From Octopus sinensis (taxonomy: Eukaryota): a stretch of 57,139 bases of DNA. Both the position numbers and the translations under genes were made by a program. Below the pieces are notes generated by a model, which was not told where the DNA came from, ran no database searches, and saw only the letters and a program-made list of their open reading frames with translations. Numbering within the stretch: position 1 is the stretch's first letter; each line of letters opens with the position of its first letter. Positions 25,720 through 39,702 of this stretch are shown here, in pieces. The stretch covers positions 1 to 57,139 of the forward strand of contig NW_021833630.1 in assembly GCF_006345805.1 (NCBI RefSeq). Reading direction: 5' to 3'.

Positions 25720-26265
25720 GGCGGCGTTCTGAGCTTAAAGTCCACCGAGGTCGACTTTGCCCTTCATCCTTTTGGGGTCGATAAATTAAGTACCAGTGTT
25801 GCACTGGGGTTGATCTAATCAACTGGTCTCCTTCCCCAAAATTTCTGGCCTTGTGCCTAGAGTAGAAAAGAATATTAAATATGTGTGTATGGCGGCGAGC
25901 TGGCAGAAACATTAGTGCGCCGGGCGAAATTCTTAGCGGTATTTCGTCTGCCGTTACGTTCTGAGATCAAATTCCGCCGAGGTCGACTTTGCCTTTCATC
26001 CTTTCGGGGTCGATTACGCACTGGGGTCGATCTAATCGACTTAATCCATTTGTCTGTCCTTGTATGTCCCCTCTATGTTTAGCTCCTTGTGGGCAGTAAA
26101 GAAATAAGAAACGTTATCACGCCGGGCAAAATGCTTAGCGGTATTTCGTCTGTCTTTACGTTCTGAGTTCAAATTCCGCCGAGGTCGACTTTGCTCTTCA
26201 TCCTTTTGGGGTCTATAAATTAAGTACCAGTTGCGCACTGGGGTCGATCTAATCAACTGGCATCC
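25720..26265 (+). mobile_element. Cluster of three tRNA-derived SINE family A copies
   Basis: GGCGGCGAGCTGGCAGAAAC at 25891; the core CCGAGGTCGACTTTGC..TTCATCCTTT.GGGGTC..AAGTACCAG/GCACTGGGG occurs three times. Confidence 0.85.
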
Positions 26266-26651
26266 TCACCCAATGTTACATTCTAATAAACAATATCTCT
26301 CAATGGTGATATACTCTACTACCATAAACATCATACAACATTATCATACACTGCATCACACGTGACAATAATATATAATACTGATTTCAAAAAACAAAAT
26401 AGAGGAGGATCAGTTAATTATGATTTTATTCAATATATTTCCCTCTCAGATTCACACACATATCTAAGCCATGTAAAAGAACTCGAATGGTCAGACCTCC
26501 AACAAGGCCTTTTGCAACATCTTTAAAACCAAGAACTTTTCTGCACCTCCTCATGTGTATACATATATATATGTGTATGTGTGTGTGCGTGTGTTTGTGT
26601 ATGTGTGTAAGTATGTAAGTACACACACACATACCTATATCTATCTATCTA

Positions 26652-26793
<142 letters not shown>

Positions 26794-26959
26794 GTGTGTG
26801 TGTGTATGTATGTATGTGTCTGTATTTGTGTTTGTTCCCCACCACCGATTGACAACCGGTGTTGGTTTGTTTACATCCATCTCGTCATTAATCAGAGGTC
26901 TGTTCCACATGAGATGAACTGGGATTAAATAAAAGAAACAAAATCCTCATTGTAGAATC

Positions 26960-27240
26960 AATGAAGATGATAACAAACATTAACCGTTGCAGCCGGCACC
27001 ACAACCACCACCTAATCACTTCCACCACCACCACCACCACCACCACCACCCACCACCACCAACCGACACCACCATCCACTATCAGCAACATCACAATTAC
27101 AATCACCACCACCACCACCACCACCAATAACAACAACAATGATAATAACATTTAGAACAACGTCAATATCATCTTCATCATCATCATCATCAACATCGTC
27201 ATCAACATCATCATTATCATCATCAACAACAACAGCAGCA
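26960..27240. repeat. Mixed (CAC)/(AAC)/(CAT) trinucleotide low-complexity tract
   Basis: Directly visible; explains the poly-T/poly-S/poly-D ORFs. Confidence 0.9.
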
Positions 27241-27432
27241 AGGGCAGCAAGCAATGAGAGCATCGCGGGAACAGCTGACATCTTAATTATTGTCAACCAA
27301 TTTATGGAGCGAAGGGGTAGACGGTGAAGTGGTGGTCGTGGATTGATTGTAGGTCGGGGAAACAAGGTATTCGGTGACTGAATACATGTGTCATAGTGAA
27401 TTGGATTACATACATGTTAGATATTAAGTATT

Positions 27433-27523
<91 letters not shown>

Positions 27524-28034
27524 AGGCGATAACAACTAAACTACGGTACAGGAACCAGACTAGACACACACACACACACTCACACATACACGCATGTTGT
27601 ATGTGGTGCAGTTACGATTGACCAATTAAATGCATTGACATCTGGTGACACTTGTTGAGAGTATTTTTATTGCTAGTCTTCTTGTTGTTGCTGTTGCTAG
27701 TAGTGGTATTGTTGCTGTTTCTGTTGTTGTTGTTGTTTGTAGTGGTTATGGTGGTGTTTTGTCTCTGTTCAACCTCGGTCGATCAGATCTATCGAGATCT
27801 AAGATATTCCTGACAGAACAGTCATGAAGAGAATGAATGCAGCATGGCCAAATGGTTAAGAAGTTCGCGCTGGAGTCATGAGCTTTCGGGTTCGATTCTC
27901 CAAAAGGTCAACTCAAGCCGCGTGAATGAAATCTAGCACACGGAAACTACAGAAACCTGTTGAATACAAGGTACTTCTAATTATTCAAAGGTGCAATCTT
28001 CACACACGGTGTTACGGCAAGGGTATTTTCTGTG

Positions 28035-28365
28035 ACGGTACATAACTCAGTGGTTAGAGCGTCGGCCTACAATCATAAGGTAGTGAGTTCGACTTTCGGA
28101 CCGGGCTGTGTGTTATGTTCTTGAGCAAGACACTTTATTTCACGCTGCTTCAGTTACTCATTGGTAGAAATGAGTTGCCGAGTTGTGTTGGCCCATGCCT
28201 TTCCCATAGATAACGTCGGTGACGTGAAGAGGGGAAGCTGGTATGCATGAGCGACTGCTGGTCTTCCATAAACAGTCTCGCCAGACTTGTACCTTGGAGG
28301 ATAACTTTCTAGGCGCAATCCCATGGTCATTCATGATCGAAGAGGATGAAGGGCTTTTACCCTTT
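28035..28365 (+). mobile_element. tRNA-derived SINE family C, near full length
   Basis: A box TAACTCAGTGGTTAGAGC, B box GAGTTCGACTTTC, core TTCTTGAGCAAGACACTTTATTTCACG, tail ..TTTTACCCTTTT. Confidence 0.85.
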
Positions 28366-28489
28366 TATATTCTGCGGAATATTCAGCCACTTACATGCTG
28401 ATTCAATGAACAGGTAATTCCGTTGATCGAACAACTGAATAATAATCATCGAAACCGACGAAGATCCGTTCACTTATCTTTTTTCATCT

Positions 28490-28810
28490 TTTAAGTGTTT
28501 CAGTCACTGGACTGCAGCCATGGTAGGGCATTGTCTTAAGATGTTTCAGTCGAACGAATCAACCCCAGTATTTATTTCTTCTTAAGCTCAGGACTTATTC
28601 TATCGATCCCTTTTACCCAACCGATACATTACAGGGACGTAAACAAACCAGCAGCGGTTTTCAAGAGGTGTGGGGACAAACACAAAGAACCCCTCACACA
28701 CACACAACCTTATCGAAATTTACTCACAATGCATTGGTCAGTCTGGAGCTAAAATGAAAGATACTTACTTGTCTAAGGTGCTGCAAAGCAAGTTTCTTTA
28801 CCACACAGCC
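28490..28810 (-). mobile_element. SINE family B, degenerate
   Basis: Reverse complement of the family-B tail (TTTCAGTCACTGGACTGCAGCCATG..CGAATCAACCCCAG..CTTATTCTATCGATC) and head region. Confidence 0.65.
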
Positions 28811-29589
28811 TGTATGGTTCTTTCCTTCTTCAAAAAGGCAGATGTGAATTAAGGAAAACTTATCTGCTATTTCTAACATATCATACAGCTACACAGAGTT
28901 TCCCCTCCCTTCCTATTACAGCTGACCAATGGCAGCTCGTGTATAGGCACTGTATAGGCACCCTCTATTTCCATTCGATATTATTGATATCATTCAATAT
29001 GAGTCCTTGTTTCTTTAATTCTTTCTTTATATTTGTGCATTATATAATCCTTAAGCTTAATGTCAGTAGCCATATCCTTGTATAGAATTGTGCGCTTCAC
29101 AGTTCCAGCGACGCGGTGTTGGTTGCCGTGCGCATGCTCACATGTTCGAGATAGGTGTGTTGGTGAACGGTAGTGTTTCTTCGTGACTGCGTGTGCTGTG
29201 CTTAAACGTGTTTATATTCTTGAATGTGATAAGGTGTAGAATTAGAAAATGATCCTGCTTCCAGTTTCAGTGTTAGTGCCAGGATTTGAAAAATAGGGCT
29301 CATTCTCCTACCTCATATTTTGTGATTTAGGGGGGATTTTTGAAAAACAAAGGGGAAATCGCGGCGGTTTTCCGTGAACAAATTAAACACACTACCCGGC
29401 AGTGGCTAAAACGCGAACCGATCAAATTTATGATTAAATTTTCTTTTTATATGTTTGTTTCCTTTTACGCAATATTAAAACAACGGCTAAAGATTTTATG
29501 AAGCAGCACCCCCACTAATTCTATTTACGAGCCACTGCAGCTGACACTGTCTTCTTAAGCGGTTTTATACAGCTTAACAGAATCTGAAG

Positions 29590-29880
29590 ACGTATTGAAG
29601 AGGAATTTGAACTCAGAACGTAAACACGGACGAAATGCCGCTAAGCGTTTCGCCCGGCGTGCAAACGATTGTGCCAAACTTGATAAATATCGATTTCAAA
29701 TTTTGACACAAGGCCTGCAATTTTGAGGGAGCGGTAAGTGCTCAGCTAGTACTTATTTTATCGATCCCGTATGGATGAAAGACAAAGTCGACCTCGACGG
29801 AATTTGAACTCAGAACATAAAGACTGACGAAATACCGCTAAGCGTTTCGCCTGGCGTGCTAACAATTCTGCCAAACTCAC
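29590..29880 (-). mobile_element. Two SINE family A fragments
   Basis: GGAATTTGAACTCAGAAC..GAAAT.CCGCTAAGCGTTTCGCC.GGCGTGC..ATT.TGCCAAACT occurs twice. Confidence 0.75.
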
Positions 29881-31436
29881 TTGATAAATATTAATTTCTA
29901 ACACTGATTCAAGAGTAGACTTTCCCAAAGAAATGCGACCACAATTCTGAACCATTCGGACGAGTTAAGCAGATATAGCTGCTCAAACTTTTATAACCGT
30001 TAATTGCAGGAAACTAACCTCACTGTTTTGAAAATCTTCATCTTACGCAGCGAGAAATGGAGATACACTCATACTTTTTACAAAAGACGAGCTCTCGGAT
30101 TTTCGTAATTTTTTTCATATATTCGTCAAACATCCCTTTACAGAGCTAGAATCAAAAACTTTCGGTAGAAGATATGAAAACTGCACCAACAGGAGATGTT
30201 GAAAGAATATAACAGAAGCAGAAAATATCAATTCTATTTTCTGGTGGATAATTAACATCATTACGGGAATTACCAGGAAAAGAAGAATGACTCAACCTGA
30301 GACTGACTGTGAGTTTGAAGTCCGAAATATAAAGGGGAGTTAAGTAAATACTGGGAAGGTATTTAAATCTACTACACAAGAAATTTCTGTCAGCAGGGGC
30401 TAAGGGGGTTGGTCACTACAAACCCGTTCATCCATTACACACCTTCTCTCTTCATTTTATCTATCTTCAAAGCCACCGTCAACGTCACCCAAATCTTCTT
30501 CCTCCTTATCATCACTATCATCACCGTTAACATTTCCATCGACATCAAACTCGCAATCACAGATCATCCTCACCATGACCCCACCCCTGAGCATCACTGC
30601 CACCACCACACTACTATATTTCTTTTCATCATCCTCCTCTTCATCATCATCATCGTTCATCAGCGAGGAAAAAATATATTGCCAGCCAAGCAAATTTCGT
30701 ATATGTGAAAAAAGACTTTGTCTCTGCTGCTTGCATTTATGATCGCAACAACATAAATTTTGATCTGAAAGTGCGTCTTCCTCGCTTACTCCCAACTACA
30801 AGGATCTAAAAAAGAAAAATCCTTTCAAATTTCCCCTCTTAAAGAGTCTTACCAATTCTCTAACATCTAGGGGCATTAGATCAGTTCATTTCAATAGACC
30901 AGAGCTCTTACGATGCTGACATTAGCATTTTAATTTAATTGTTTTTTGTCCCTATTCACCAAGCTGACACTATTCGCCCCCACCAAATCTCGGTAAGATA
31001 GCGTTTAGTGTCGAGTTGTGGGTGTCGAGCTGGTGTTGTCTACAGTGTGGCGGGGTTCAGGGTACATAGTGTGCGATAGAATAAGTTCCAAGATTTTGAA
31101 AAAAAGTACTGGGGTCGATTCATTCGACTAAAATTTCTTTAAGGCTGTGCCCCAGCAGTCTAATGACAGAACAAATAAAAGATAAAACAAGGATTTTTCA
31201 AACATCAACTGGTTATGAGAGCCAACCCGAGTAAAATTAGAATGAAAGGGATCCATGGGTAAAAAAAGTGGTTGAGAACCAATGATTTAGAATGAAAGGG
31301 ATCCATAAGTAAAGAGAGGGTTGCGAACCACTGATCTACCTAATACACTTCACAACTGAGGTGTATGTTTCAAATGGTGTAGTATGATGAAGAATAACAC
31401 TGTGTTATGTGATATAACAAAGGAGCAAAAATTAAA

Positions 31437-32100
31437 GGGTAAAGGGTAGAAGACCCCTTCGGTCATGAATGATCATGGGATCGCACCTAGAAACTTACTC
31501 TCCGAGGCACAAGTCCTGCAAGATTGTTTATAGAAGACCAGCAGTCATCCATGAACACCAGCCTTCCCTCTCCACGCCACTGATGTTATTCATAGGAAAG
31601 GCAAAGGCTGATACAGCTTGGCACCAGTGACATCACAACTCATTTCTACAGCTGAGTGGACTTGAGCAACGTAAAATAAAGTGTCTTGCTCAAGAACACA
31701 ACACGCAGCCCGGTCCGGTAATCGAACTAACTACCTCATGATTGCGAGCTCAACTCTCTAACCACTCAGCCATGCACCTTCTCTCTGATATAGTACGGTG
31801 ATATAATACGGTGGGATTTAGTGGATGGTGTGGTGGCAAAGAAAGGGATCAAAGACCTTCCCCGAAACATAGGCTCATAAAGCCGCATTCCTGGATTCTG
31901 AAGCGTATATATTCCGCCTGACAAATCTGTCCTGGATGGGGTCGCCGGTCCGTTGCAAGATTACTCATATTTTTTGCGTGCTGAGTGGACTGCAGTAGCA
32001 TGAAACGAGGCGTTTTGCTAAAGAAAACAACGCATCACCCACGGTCCAAGAATCGAAACCACAAACTTACGATGATGAGTGCGACACCCTAACCGCAAAG
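31437..32100 (-). mobile_element. Two SINE family C copies (31437-31778 near full length; 31870-32100 degenerate)
   Basis: Reverse complement of the 28035 element, including CTGAGTGGACT..GTGTCTTGCTCAAGAACACAACAC..TAACCACTCAGCCATGC. Confidence 0.8.
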
Positions 32101-33323
32101 CAAAGCACTGCCACATGCTGTGACGAGTGTAGGTTGGTGCGACGTAGTGTAACGCCATGTTGTGTGATTTAATGTGAAGTGTAGAGCATCGTGGTGTATG
32201 CTGTAGTGTGGACAAACAAATGTCAAAGAATCTGTCCACAACAGTCACCATGAAAAGACAGAGTTAAAGGTTACGGGGCTATAAATCAATGTCAGATACT
32301 CACTCAGTTTCGTGAATGTGTGTGCGTGGGTGTGTGTGGGGGAGTCATTTCATTTAAGGTAGAAAAAAATCAATCAATCTTCTTTCCCTCTCTCTCTCTC
32401 TCACCCCTCTCTCTCATCCCCCCCTCTCTCTCACATTGTGTCTTTTACTCTCTACCCATCTTTCTATTCCAAACGCCCCCCATCATTGCTTTAATACACA
32501 TACATATATATGTGCATGTGTGTATATATATATATATATATATGTATATAGTATATACACATGTAAATATATATAATGATATATATTTATATACGTGTAT
32601 ATACATATACACATATATATATATATATATATATATGAAGAGAGAGACGAACGCACATATCTTTTTCATTTTCATTTTCCTCTGTTTTTTTAATTGATTA
32701 TATATATATCTACACACGCACATACATTGATCTACTTGTATAAATATATATATATACACGAGTATACGCACACTCAGGCTCGCCTCTACTCTTTCTTCTT
32801 TCTTTCTTTTTTCTTTCTTTTTTTCTTTCTCTCTCTCTTTCTCTCTCTCTCCCCCTCTCTTCCCTTCCATTTCTCTCACGCATGTTTACCCGCTTGTCAC
32901 CTGTTTATACTCACCTTTCATACTTTTATAACTTAACGCAAAACAAAAATTAAAAAAACAAGATCACCTAATGACCAAAGTCACTTTGTCTTATGGACCC
33001 AATAATTTCTTTTTAAACTAGTACAGAAACGCACATGCAAAAACACAGATACACACACGAAGCAATGAAAGAAAATTCTAATGGAGGTGATAATGAAGTA
33101 GCTGCTGCTGTTGTTTTAGCTGGGTGGGATTTCCAAAGATCCTTGCAGTTCCCGTGGGAAGTTCGGTTCATCTCGGTTCTTGGTATTTAAAGTAGCATTA
33201 AGCATCGAGAGATTAATGACTTTACGAGATCGCATGCAGACCGCTGTTAGCTGCCAGCTACTTTCTTTAAAACTCCTTCATAACACAAGCTTCCTACTAC
33301 CGCAAAGAAACATGCACACACAC

Positions 33324-33359
<36 letters not shown>

Positions 33360-33406
33360 ACACACACACACACACCTATATATACATACATATATATATA
33401 TATACA

Positions 33407-33440
<34 letters not shown>

Positions 33441-33489
33441 GTATATATACATATATACGTATGCATTCTTATATATATATCTTTTTTTC

Positions 33490-33696
33490 TTTTATCCTTT
33501 TACTTGTTTCAGTCATTTGACTGCGGCCGTGCTGGAGCACCGCTCTTAATCGAGCAAATCGATCCCAGGATTTATTTATTGTAGGTCTAGTACGTATTGT
33601 AACGGTCTCTTTTGCCGAACTGCTAATTTGCAGGAGAGTAAACACACCAACATCGGTTGTCAAGCGATGTTGAGGTGACAAACTCAGATACATAAC

Positions 33697-33768
<72 letters not shown>

Positions 33769-33960
33769 CAAACACACACAGACGCACACACACACACATA
33801 AATGTATGACGGGCTTCTTTCAGTTTCCGTCTACAAAATCCACTCAAAAGGTTTTGGTCGGCCCGAGGCTATAGTAGAAGACACTTGCCCAAGGTGCCAC
33901 GCAGAGGGACTCAACCCGGAACCATGTGGTTGGTAAACAAGCTTCTTACCATACAGCCAG
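33490..33960 (-). mobile_element. SINE family B with internal (CA)n
   Basis: Complete reverse complement of the 51610 element: tail TTTACTTGTTTCAGTCATTTGACTGCGGCC, head ..CTTGCCCAAGGTGCCACGCAG..GAACCATGTGGTTGGTAAACAAGC. Confidence 0.88.
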
Positions 33961-34227
33961 GCCTGTATGTTATTTGACATACTTGTCTTAGTCTAAATCA
34001 AACGGGTTCTCAGTCTGAGTTCATTTGGCTCCTGAGCGTCCATATAAGATTTTGGGGACTCTACAAAACAAATTAGCAAATTGGGGATTTACTGTTGTCT
34101 TCAGCTATAGCTTCGGGCCGAACAAAGCCTTGTGAGTGGATTTGGTGGACAGAAACCAAAAGTGGCCCGTCGTATATATGTATATGCATATATATATATA
34201 TATATAATATATTATATATATATTATA

Positions 34228-34622
34228 CCGGATTAGCACATAAATGTGAAACAAGGTGGAAAAAGAGTACTCAAATACCAGTGGCAGAGTAATATGCTTT
34301 ATTTAAAGCAGCAAAAAATTCAACAAACAACCTGTTACTCTGAGTTTCACGTTGCCGTCATCGGACAGTCCTTTCAACTAACGGTCTTAATTTTGCAATG
34401 AACAAAATAAATCCAGTATAAATTCATCCTATTGTAAAATCGAAAAGACCCTTAAATCGAAGGATAGATTCCAAATACATATAATAATCATATACGAAAT
34501 ATAAGTCAATTAATACATTAAAATTATAATTAAAAATTTTCACGCTAGCAAAACTGTCCGATGAACGGCAACGTGAAACTCAGAGAACAGGTTTTGTTGA
34601 ATTTTCTGCTGCTTTAAATAAA

Positions 34623-34673
<51 letters not shown>

Positions 34674-34684
34674 ATATATATATA

Positions 34685-34726
<42 letters not shown>

Positions 34727-35143
34727 CGGATTAAGCACATAAATGTGAACAAGGTGGAAAAAAAGAGTACTCAAATACCAGTGGCAGAGTAATATGCTTT
34801 ATTTAAAGCAGCAAAAAATTCAACAAAACCTGTTACTCTGAGTTTCACGTTGCCGTTCATCGGACAGTCCTTTCAACTAACGGTCTTAATTTTGCAATGA
34901 ACAAAATAAATCCAGTATAAATTCATCCTATTGTAAAATCGAAGAAGACCTTAAATCGAAGGATAGATTCCAAATACATATAAATAATCATATACGAAAT
35001 ATAAGTCAATTAATACATTAAAATTATAATTAAAAATTTTCACCGCTAGCAAAAACCTGTCCGATGAACGGCAACGTGAACTCAGAGTAACAGGTTTTGT
35101 TGAATTTTCTGCTGCTTTAAATAATAATATATATATATATATA

Positions 35144-35194
<51 letters not shown>

Positions 35195-35199
35195 ATATA

Positions 35200-35234
<35 letters not shown>

Positions 35235-35638
35235 CCGGATTAAGCACATAAATGTGAAACAAGGTGGAAAAAAAGAGTACTCATGTACCAGAGGTAGAGT
35301 AATATGCTTTATTTAAAAGCAGCAGAAATATTACAAAATCTGTTGCTCAGTCTCCCGTTCCCGTTCGTCGGACAGTTTTGTCTGAAAGGAACAGAAATCA
35401 AACAAAAAACAAAAACTAGTTTAAAGGATAGACATTTGAAAATGCTTTTGTTTCATTGGTCCTTTCAACAAACGGTCTTAATTTTGCAATGAACAAAATA
35501 AATCTAGTATAAATTCATCCTATTGTAAAATCGAAGAAGACCTTAAATCGAAGGATAGATTCCAAATACATATAAATAATCATATACGAAATATAAGTCA
35601 ATTAATACATTAGAATTATAATTTAAAATTTTCACGCT
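34228..35638. repeat. Tandem array (periods 498 and 509 bp) of a PLE 3'-end fragment with an inverted partial terminal repeat, separated by (TA)n
   Basis: Units start CCGGATTA at 34228, 34726 and 35235. Units 1 and 2 carry ~70-bp inverted arms, each with an HHR. Unit 3 is more diverged, has ~75 extra bp and lacks the right arm. Confidence 0.9.
34825..34868 (-). ncRNA. Minimal type-I hammerhead, family F3 (best-preserved copy; others at 34329-34369 minus, 34550-34595 plus, 35051-35098 plus, ~35340 minus degenerate)
   Basis: CTGT-CCGATGA-ACG-GCAA-CGT-GAAAC-TCAGA-GTA-ACAGG: stem II with GNRA loop, near-palindromic ACTCAGAGT stem III, GUA site, stem I CTGT/ACAG. Confidence 0.75.
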
Positions 35639-35974
35639 GTATTACATAAATATTTTTCCAGCAGTATATACGCATACTAGACCATCTATGATATATATGT
35701 ACATACACCAAAATACACAGATGCATGTACATAGTTATATACATATTTAGACATACATATGTAAGATATAAATATATACACAAATACACACATATACATA
35801 TATGTACGCATACATGCACGCGCACAAAATATATTAGTGTATACATATACAGGACAGTTATTACAGACGAGGGAAATAGAAAGTATACTTTAAGCGTAGG
35901 GAAGAGGTCGATTTGTTCGACTAGAAATCCTTCAAGGTGGGGCTTCAGCATGACCGTGGTTAAATGACTGATCT

Positions 35975-36229
35975 CAGAACGTAGCGGCAGACGAAATACC
36001 TATTTTTTACTACACACAAGGGGCTAAACACAGAGAGGAGAAACAAGGACAGACAAACGGATTAAGTCGATTATATCGACCCCAATGCGTAACTGGTACT
36101 TATTTAATCGACCTCAAAAGGATGAAAGGCAAAGTCGACCTCGACGGAATTTGAACTCAGAACGTAACGGCAGACGAAATACGGCTACACATTTCGCCCG
36201 GCGTGCTAACATTTCTGCCAGCTCGCCGC
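35975..36229 (-). mobile_element. SINE family A, near full length
   Basis: Reverse complement of GCGGCGAGCTGGCAGAAATGTTAGCACGCCGGGCGAAATG..GTCGACTTTGCCTTTCATCCTTT..AAGTACCAG..TGGGGTCGAT. Confidence 0.88.
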
Positions 36230-36719
36230 ATATTCTCATTAATGACCATTAACAGTAACACACTCCATATATATCGGTCATATTCTTGAACAACAACAAC
36301 AACAACAACATCGAAACAATAATAAATAAAAGACCATGAATGTCATGCAATCCATTTACACACCGCCTGTACCAATGACAAACACCTATCGTTTCGTATT
36401 AATCCTTACACATCTTGTCACACATGCTACAAGCAACTCTACGGTTCCTTTATTTGCAATTTCGGGTTAATAACTAATAATTAGACACTTAATCCAACCA
36501 CGCATGACTGAACATGCCCAATTACAAGTTGTTAGGGACAGCAGGATAAAGGAGGGATACATCAACATTTCCTTTTACATCCTACCATATCGTGACTTCA
36601 TCGTCTTAATGTTTCTTTTTTTTTTTTTTTTCACTCATTCTAATTCTTAATTTTTTTTTTTTTCCTGACGTCTTAAACTTCCTTCACTCATCTAGTTCAC
36701 TCTCGTATATCGGACGTCC

Positions 36720-36853
36720 ATTACAACCCCACCACCATCACCACCAAGAACACCACCACCACCACCACCACCACCACCACCACAAACGACAACAGCAACA
36801 ATGCTGCTGCTGCTGCTGCTACTACTACCACTACTACCACCACCACCACCACC

Positions 36854-36891
<38 letters not shown>

Positions 36892-36911
36892 CACTACTAC
36901 TACTACTATTG

Positions 36912-36945
<34 letters not shown>

Positions 36946-36987
36946 CACCACCACCACTACTACTACTATTACTACTACTACTACTGT

Positions 36988-37019
<32 letters not shown>

Positions 37020-37096
37020 ATAAATTACCAATACAAACAACGCCAACGCAACCACAACAACCACCACCACCACCACCACCACCACCACCACTACTA

Positions 37097-37132
<36 letters not shown>

Positions 37133-37260
37133 AAATAAATTACCAATACAAACAACGCCAACGCAACCACAACAACCAGTACTAACGCCAACAACACCTG
37201 GGTTACCAATATCGCCAATAACAGCGTTTCGCGTAACTCGTGCACCACCACCACTAAAAG
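36720..37260. repeat. (ACT)n/(ACC)n triplet tract with an internal ~42-bp duplication
   Basis: AAATTACCAATACAAACAACGCCAACGCAACCACAACAACCA occurs near 37023 and 37138. Confidence 0.9.
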
Positions 37261-37279
37261 AAACTAAAAGAAGCCTGCC

Positions 37280-37328
<49 letters not shown>

Positions 37329-37599
37329 CATGTGTGTAGGTGTATGTATGCATATGTGTCTTTGATCCCCACTACCACTTGACAACTGGTGTTGATGTGT
37401 TTACGTCCCCGTAACTTAACTGTCCGGCAAAAAGAAACCAATAGAAAAGTGTCAAACTTTAAGAAATAAGAACTGAGGTCGATTTGTTCGGCTACAATTC
37501 TCCAAGATGATGCCCCAGCATGGCCGTAGTCCAATGACCGAAACAAATAAGAGAATAATAGGCTAAATGTGTTGAGCATTCTTTCATTCGTTTGTCCTT

Positions 37600-38080
37600 T
37601 ATACATACATACATGAATACATACATTTATACATACATACATACATACATACTTACATATATGCATACATACATGCATACATACATACACACACATATGT
37701 AAATACAAACATACATACATGCATACATACGTACATACATGCATACATACATGCATATATACATGCATACATACATGCATACATACATACATGCATGCAT
37801 ACATACGTGCATACATACATGCATACATACATATATACATGCATACATACGTACATACATGCATAATGCATATGTACATACACACACACAAACATGCATA
37901 CATACATACATACATACATACATACATACATACATACATACATACATACATGCATACATACATACATACATGCATGCATATATACGTGCATACATACATA
38001 CATACATACATACATACATACATACATACATACATACATACATACATACACACACATATGCATGCATGCATGTAACATGT
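37600..38080. repeat. Compound (TACA)/(TGCA) tetranucleotide satellite
   Basis: Directly visible; source of the MYVC/HTYI ORFs. Confidence 0.95.
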
Positions 38081-38207
38081 ATAAGAAATTTGAACAAAAG
38101 AAACTGACGCGCATCCTTCAAATCCCGCCATCTAATAGCGGCACAGTTAACATCTGATGATGTGGTCGATCATGTGATCGATCATGTGATCATGTGATAT
38201 ATATTAG

Positions 38208-38712
38208 AAGTGGCTGTGTGGTAAGAATCTTGCTTCCCAGCCACATGGTTCTAGGTTCAGTCCCACTGCGTGGCACGTTGGGCAAGTGTCTTCTACTATA
38301 GTGTCAGGCCGACAGAGCCTTGTGAGTGGATTTAGTAGACGGAAATGGAAAGAAGCCCGTCGTTGTATGTTTGTATGTCTGTCTGCATGTATGTATGTAT
38401 GTATGTATGTATGTATGTATGTATGTATGTATGTATGTATGTATGTATGTATGTATCTATGTACGTATGTATGTATGTATGTGTATGTATGTATGTATGT
38501 ATGTATGTATGTATGTATGTATGTATGTATTTGTGTGTCTGTATTTGTCTCTCCCACCAACTTTTGACAGTGAATGTTTGATGCCTTCACGTCCCCGTAA
38601 CATAGCGGTTGGCAACAGAAGCAGATAATACTAGGCTTACAAAGAATAAGTCCTACGGTTGATTTATTCGACTCCAGCATGGCTGCAGTCAAATGGCTGA
38701 GACAAGTAAAAT
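38208..38712 (+). mobile_element. SINE family B with internal (GTAT)n; a 3'-half copy also lies at 37370-37555
   Basis: GAAGTGGCTGTGTGGTAAG..GGTTCAGTCCCACTGCGTGGCAC..GAAAGAAGCCCGTCG..CCAGCATGGCTGCAGTCAAATGGCTGAGACAAG. Confidence 0.88.
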
Positions 38713-39039
38713 AAAAAAAATACATACAAATATATATATATATATAATATATATATAATATATATGTATGTATAATGTATACGCACACACACATGAGCAA
38801 AAACACGCACGTGCAAAAAGCGCACATATACCTCGATACACAACCTCTCGTTCACACACACACACATATAAACAGCCCAAACCACCCACCCACACACACA
38901 TACGCACATACACGTGCTATTATTACACACACAGACACACAGACGAGTGTGCACACACATACCCATACATACACACACATATCTCCTCTTGCACTCTCCT
39001 GTCTTAGAAGTTTTTCTTCACCCATTCCCTTTCGGTTAT

Positions 39040-39213
39040 TTCAAAATGTAACCGCGTGTGTCTTGTTGGCGATTTTCTTCCTCTGTCTTCCTGTATTTCT
39101 GAAGAAGAGCAAGGCCCGAAACGTTAAATCCTCTTTCCTTCCTTTCCTGAGCGTCTGATAATACAGTACTTGTACCACGTCCTAGCGTTATTGTTTGTTC
39201 TTTGTTGGATTCA

Positions 39214-39258
<45 letters not shown>

Positions 39259-39413
39259 TGTGCGCGCGCGCGTATGTATGTGTGTGTATTCTTTTATTAT
39301 TTTTTATTCTTGTTTCATTCATAAAGGGACACACCATAAAATATTAACTTCTTAGGCACAAGTGGAAACCGTACATTCACACACATAATCATGCAAATGT
39401 ATATACATGCTAA

Positions 39414-39458
<45 letters not shown>

Positions 39459-39657
39459 AATGTGACCGCGTGTATACCGTTGGCGATTTTTTTTTATCTG
39501 TCTTTCCTTCTCTGGATCTTTCCTTCTCCTATTTCCGACGAAGAGCTCCGCTCGGAGCGTTAAACCCTCCTTTCCTTCTTTCATGAGCGTCCAATAATAC
39601 TGTATTTGTTCCACGTCCTCGCGTTGTTGTATTTTTTGTGCTTTCATGTTTGGATTA

Positions 39658-39660
<3 letters not shown>
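39040..39660 (+). mobile_element. Two solo PLE terminal-repeat copies of family F1 (39040-39213; 39454-39660)
   Basis: Both start TTCAAAATGT.ACCGCGTGT, contain an HHR motif, share CTGAGCG..AATAC.GTA.TTGT.CCACGT with 10940-11000, and end GGATT(C/A)A then (TA)n. Confidence 0.8.
39095..39129 (+). ncRNA. Minimal type-I hammerhead, family F1 (CUGA core); degenerate sister at 39531-39565
   Basis: ATTT-CTGAAGA-A-GAGC-AAG-GCCC-GAAAC-GTT-AAAT: 4-bp stem I, palindromic AACGTT, one stem II mismatch. The sister has CCGACGA but GGAGC for GAAAC. Confidence 0.6.

Positions 39661-39702
<42 letters not shown>

Noticed and set aside
30143-30308. Segment with a good acceptor (CCCTTTACAG) and donor (GTGAGT)
   Set aside because: It has stop codons in all three frames; a non-coding exon cannot be supported without RNA data.
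33120-33182. 63-nt open segment between TTGTTTTAG and GTATTT; similarly 40208-40253
   Set aside because: Splice signals are weak, the peptides are unrecognisable, and such segments are expected by chance in 57 kb.
34228-35638. CRISPR-like or genuine viroid insertion interpretation of the regular repeats
   Set aside because: There is no short-repeat/unique-spacer structure, and the unit is explained by a PLE 3' end with an inverted arm in a eukaryotic repeat context.
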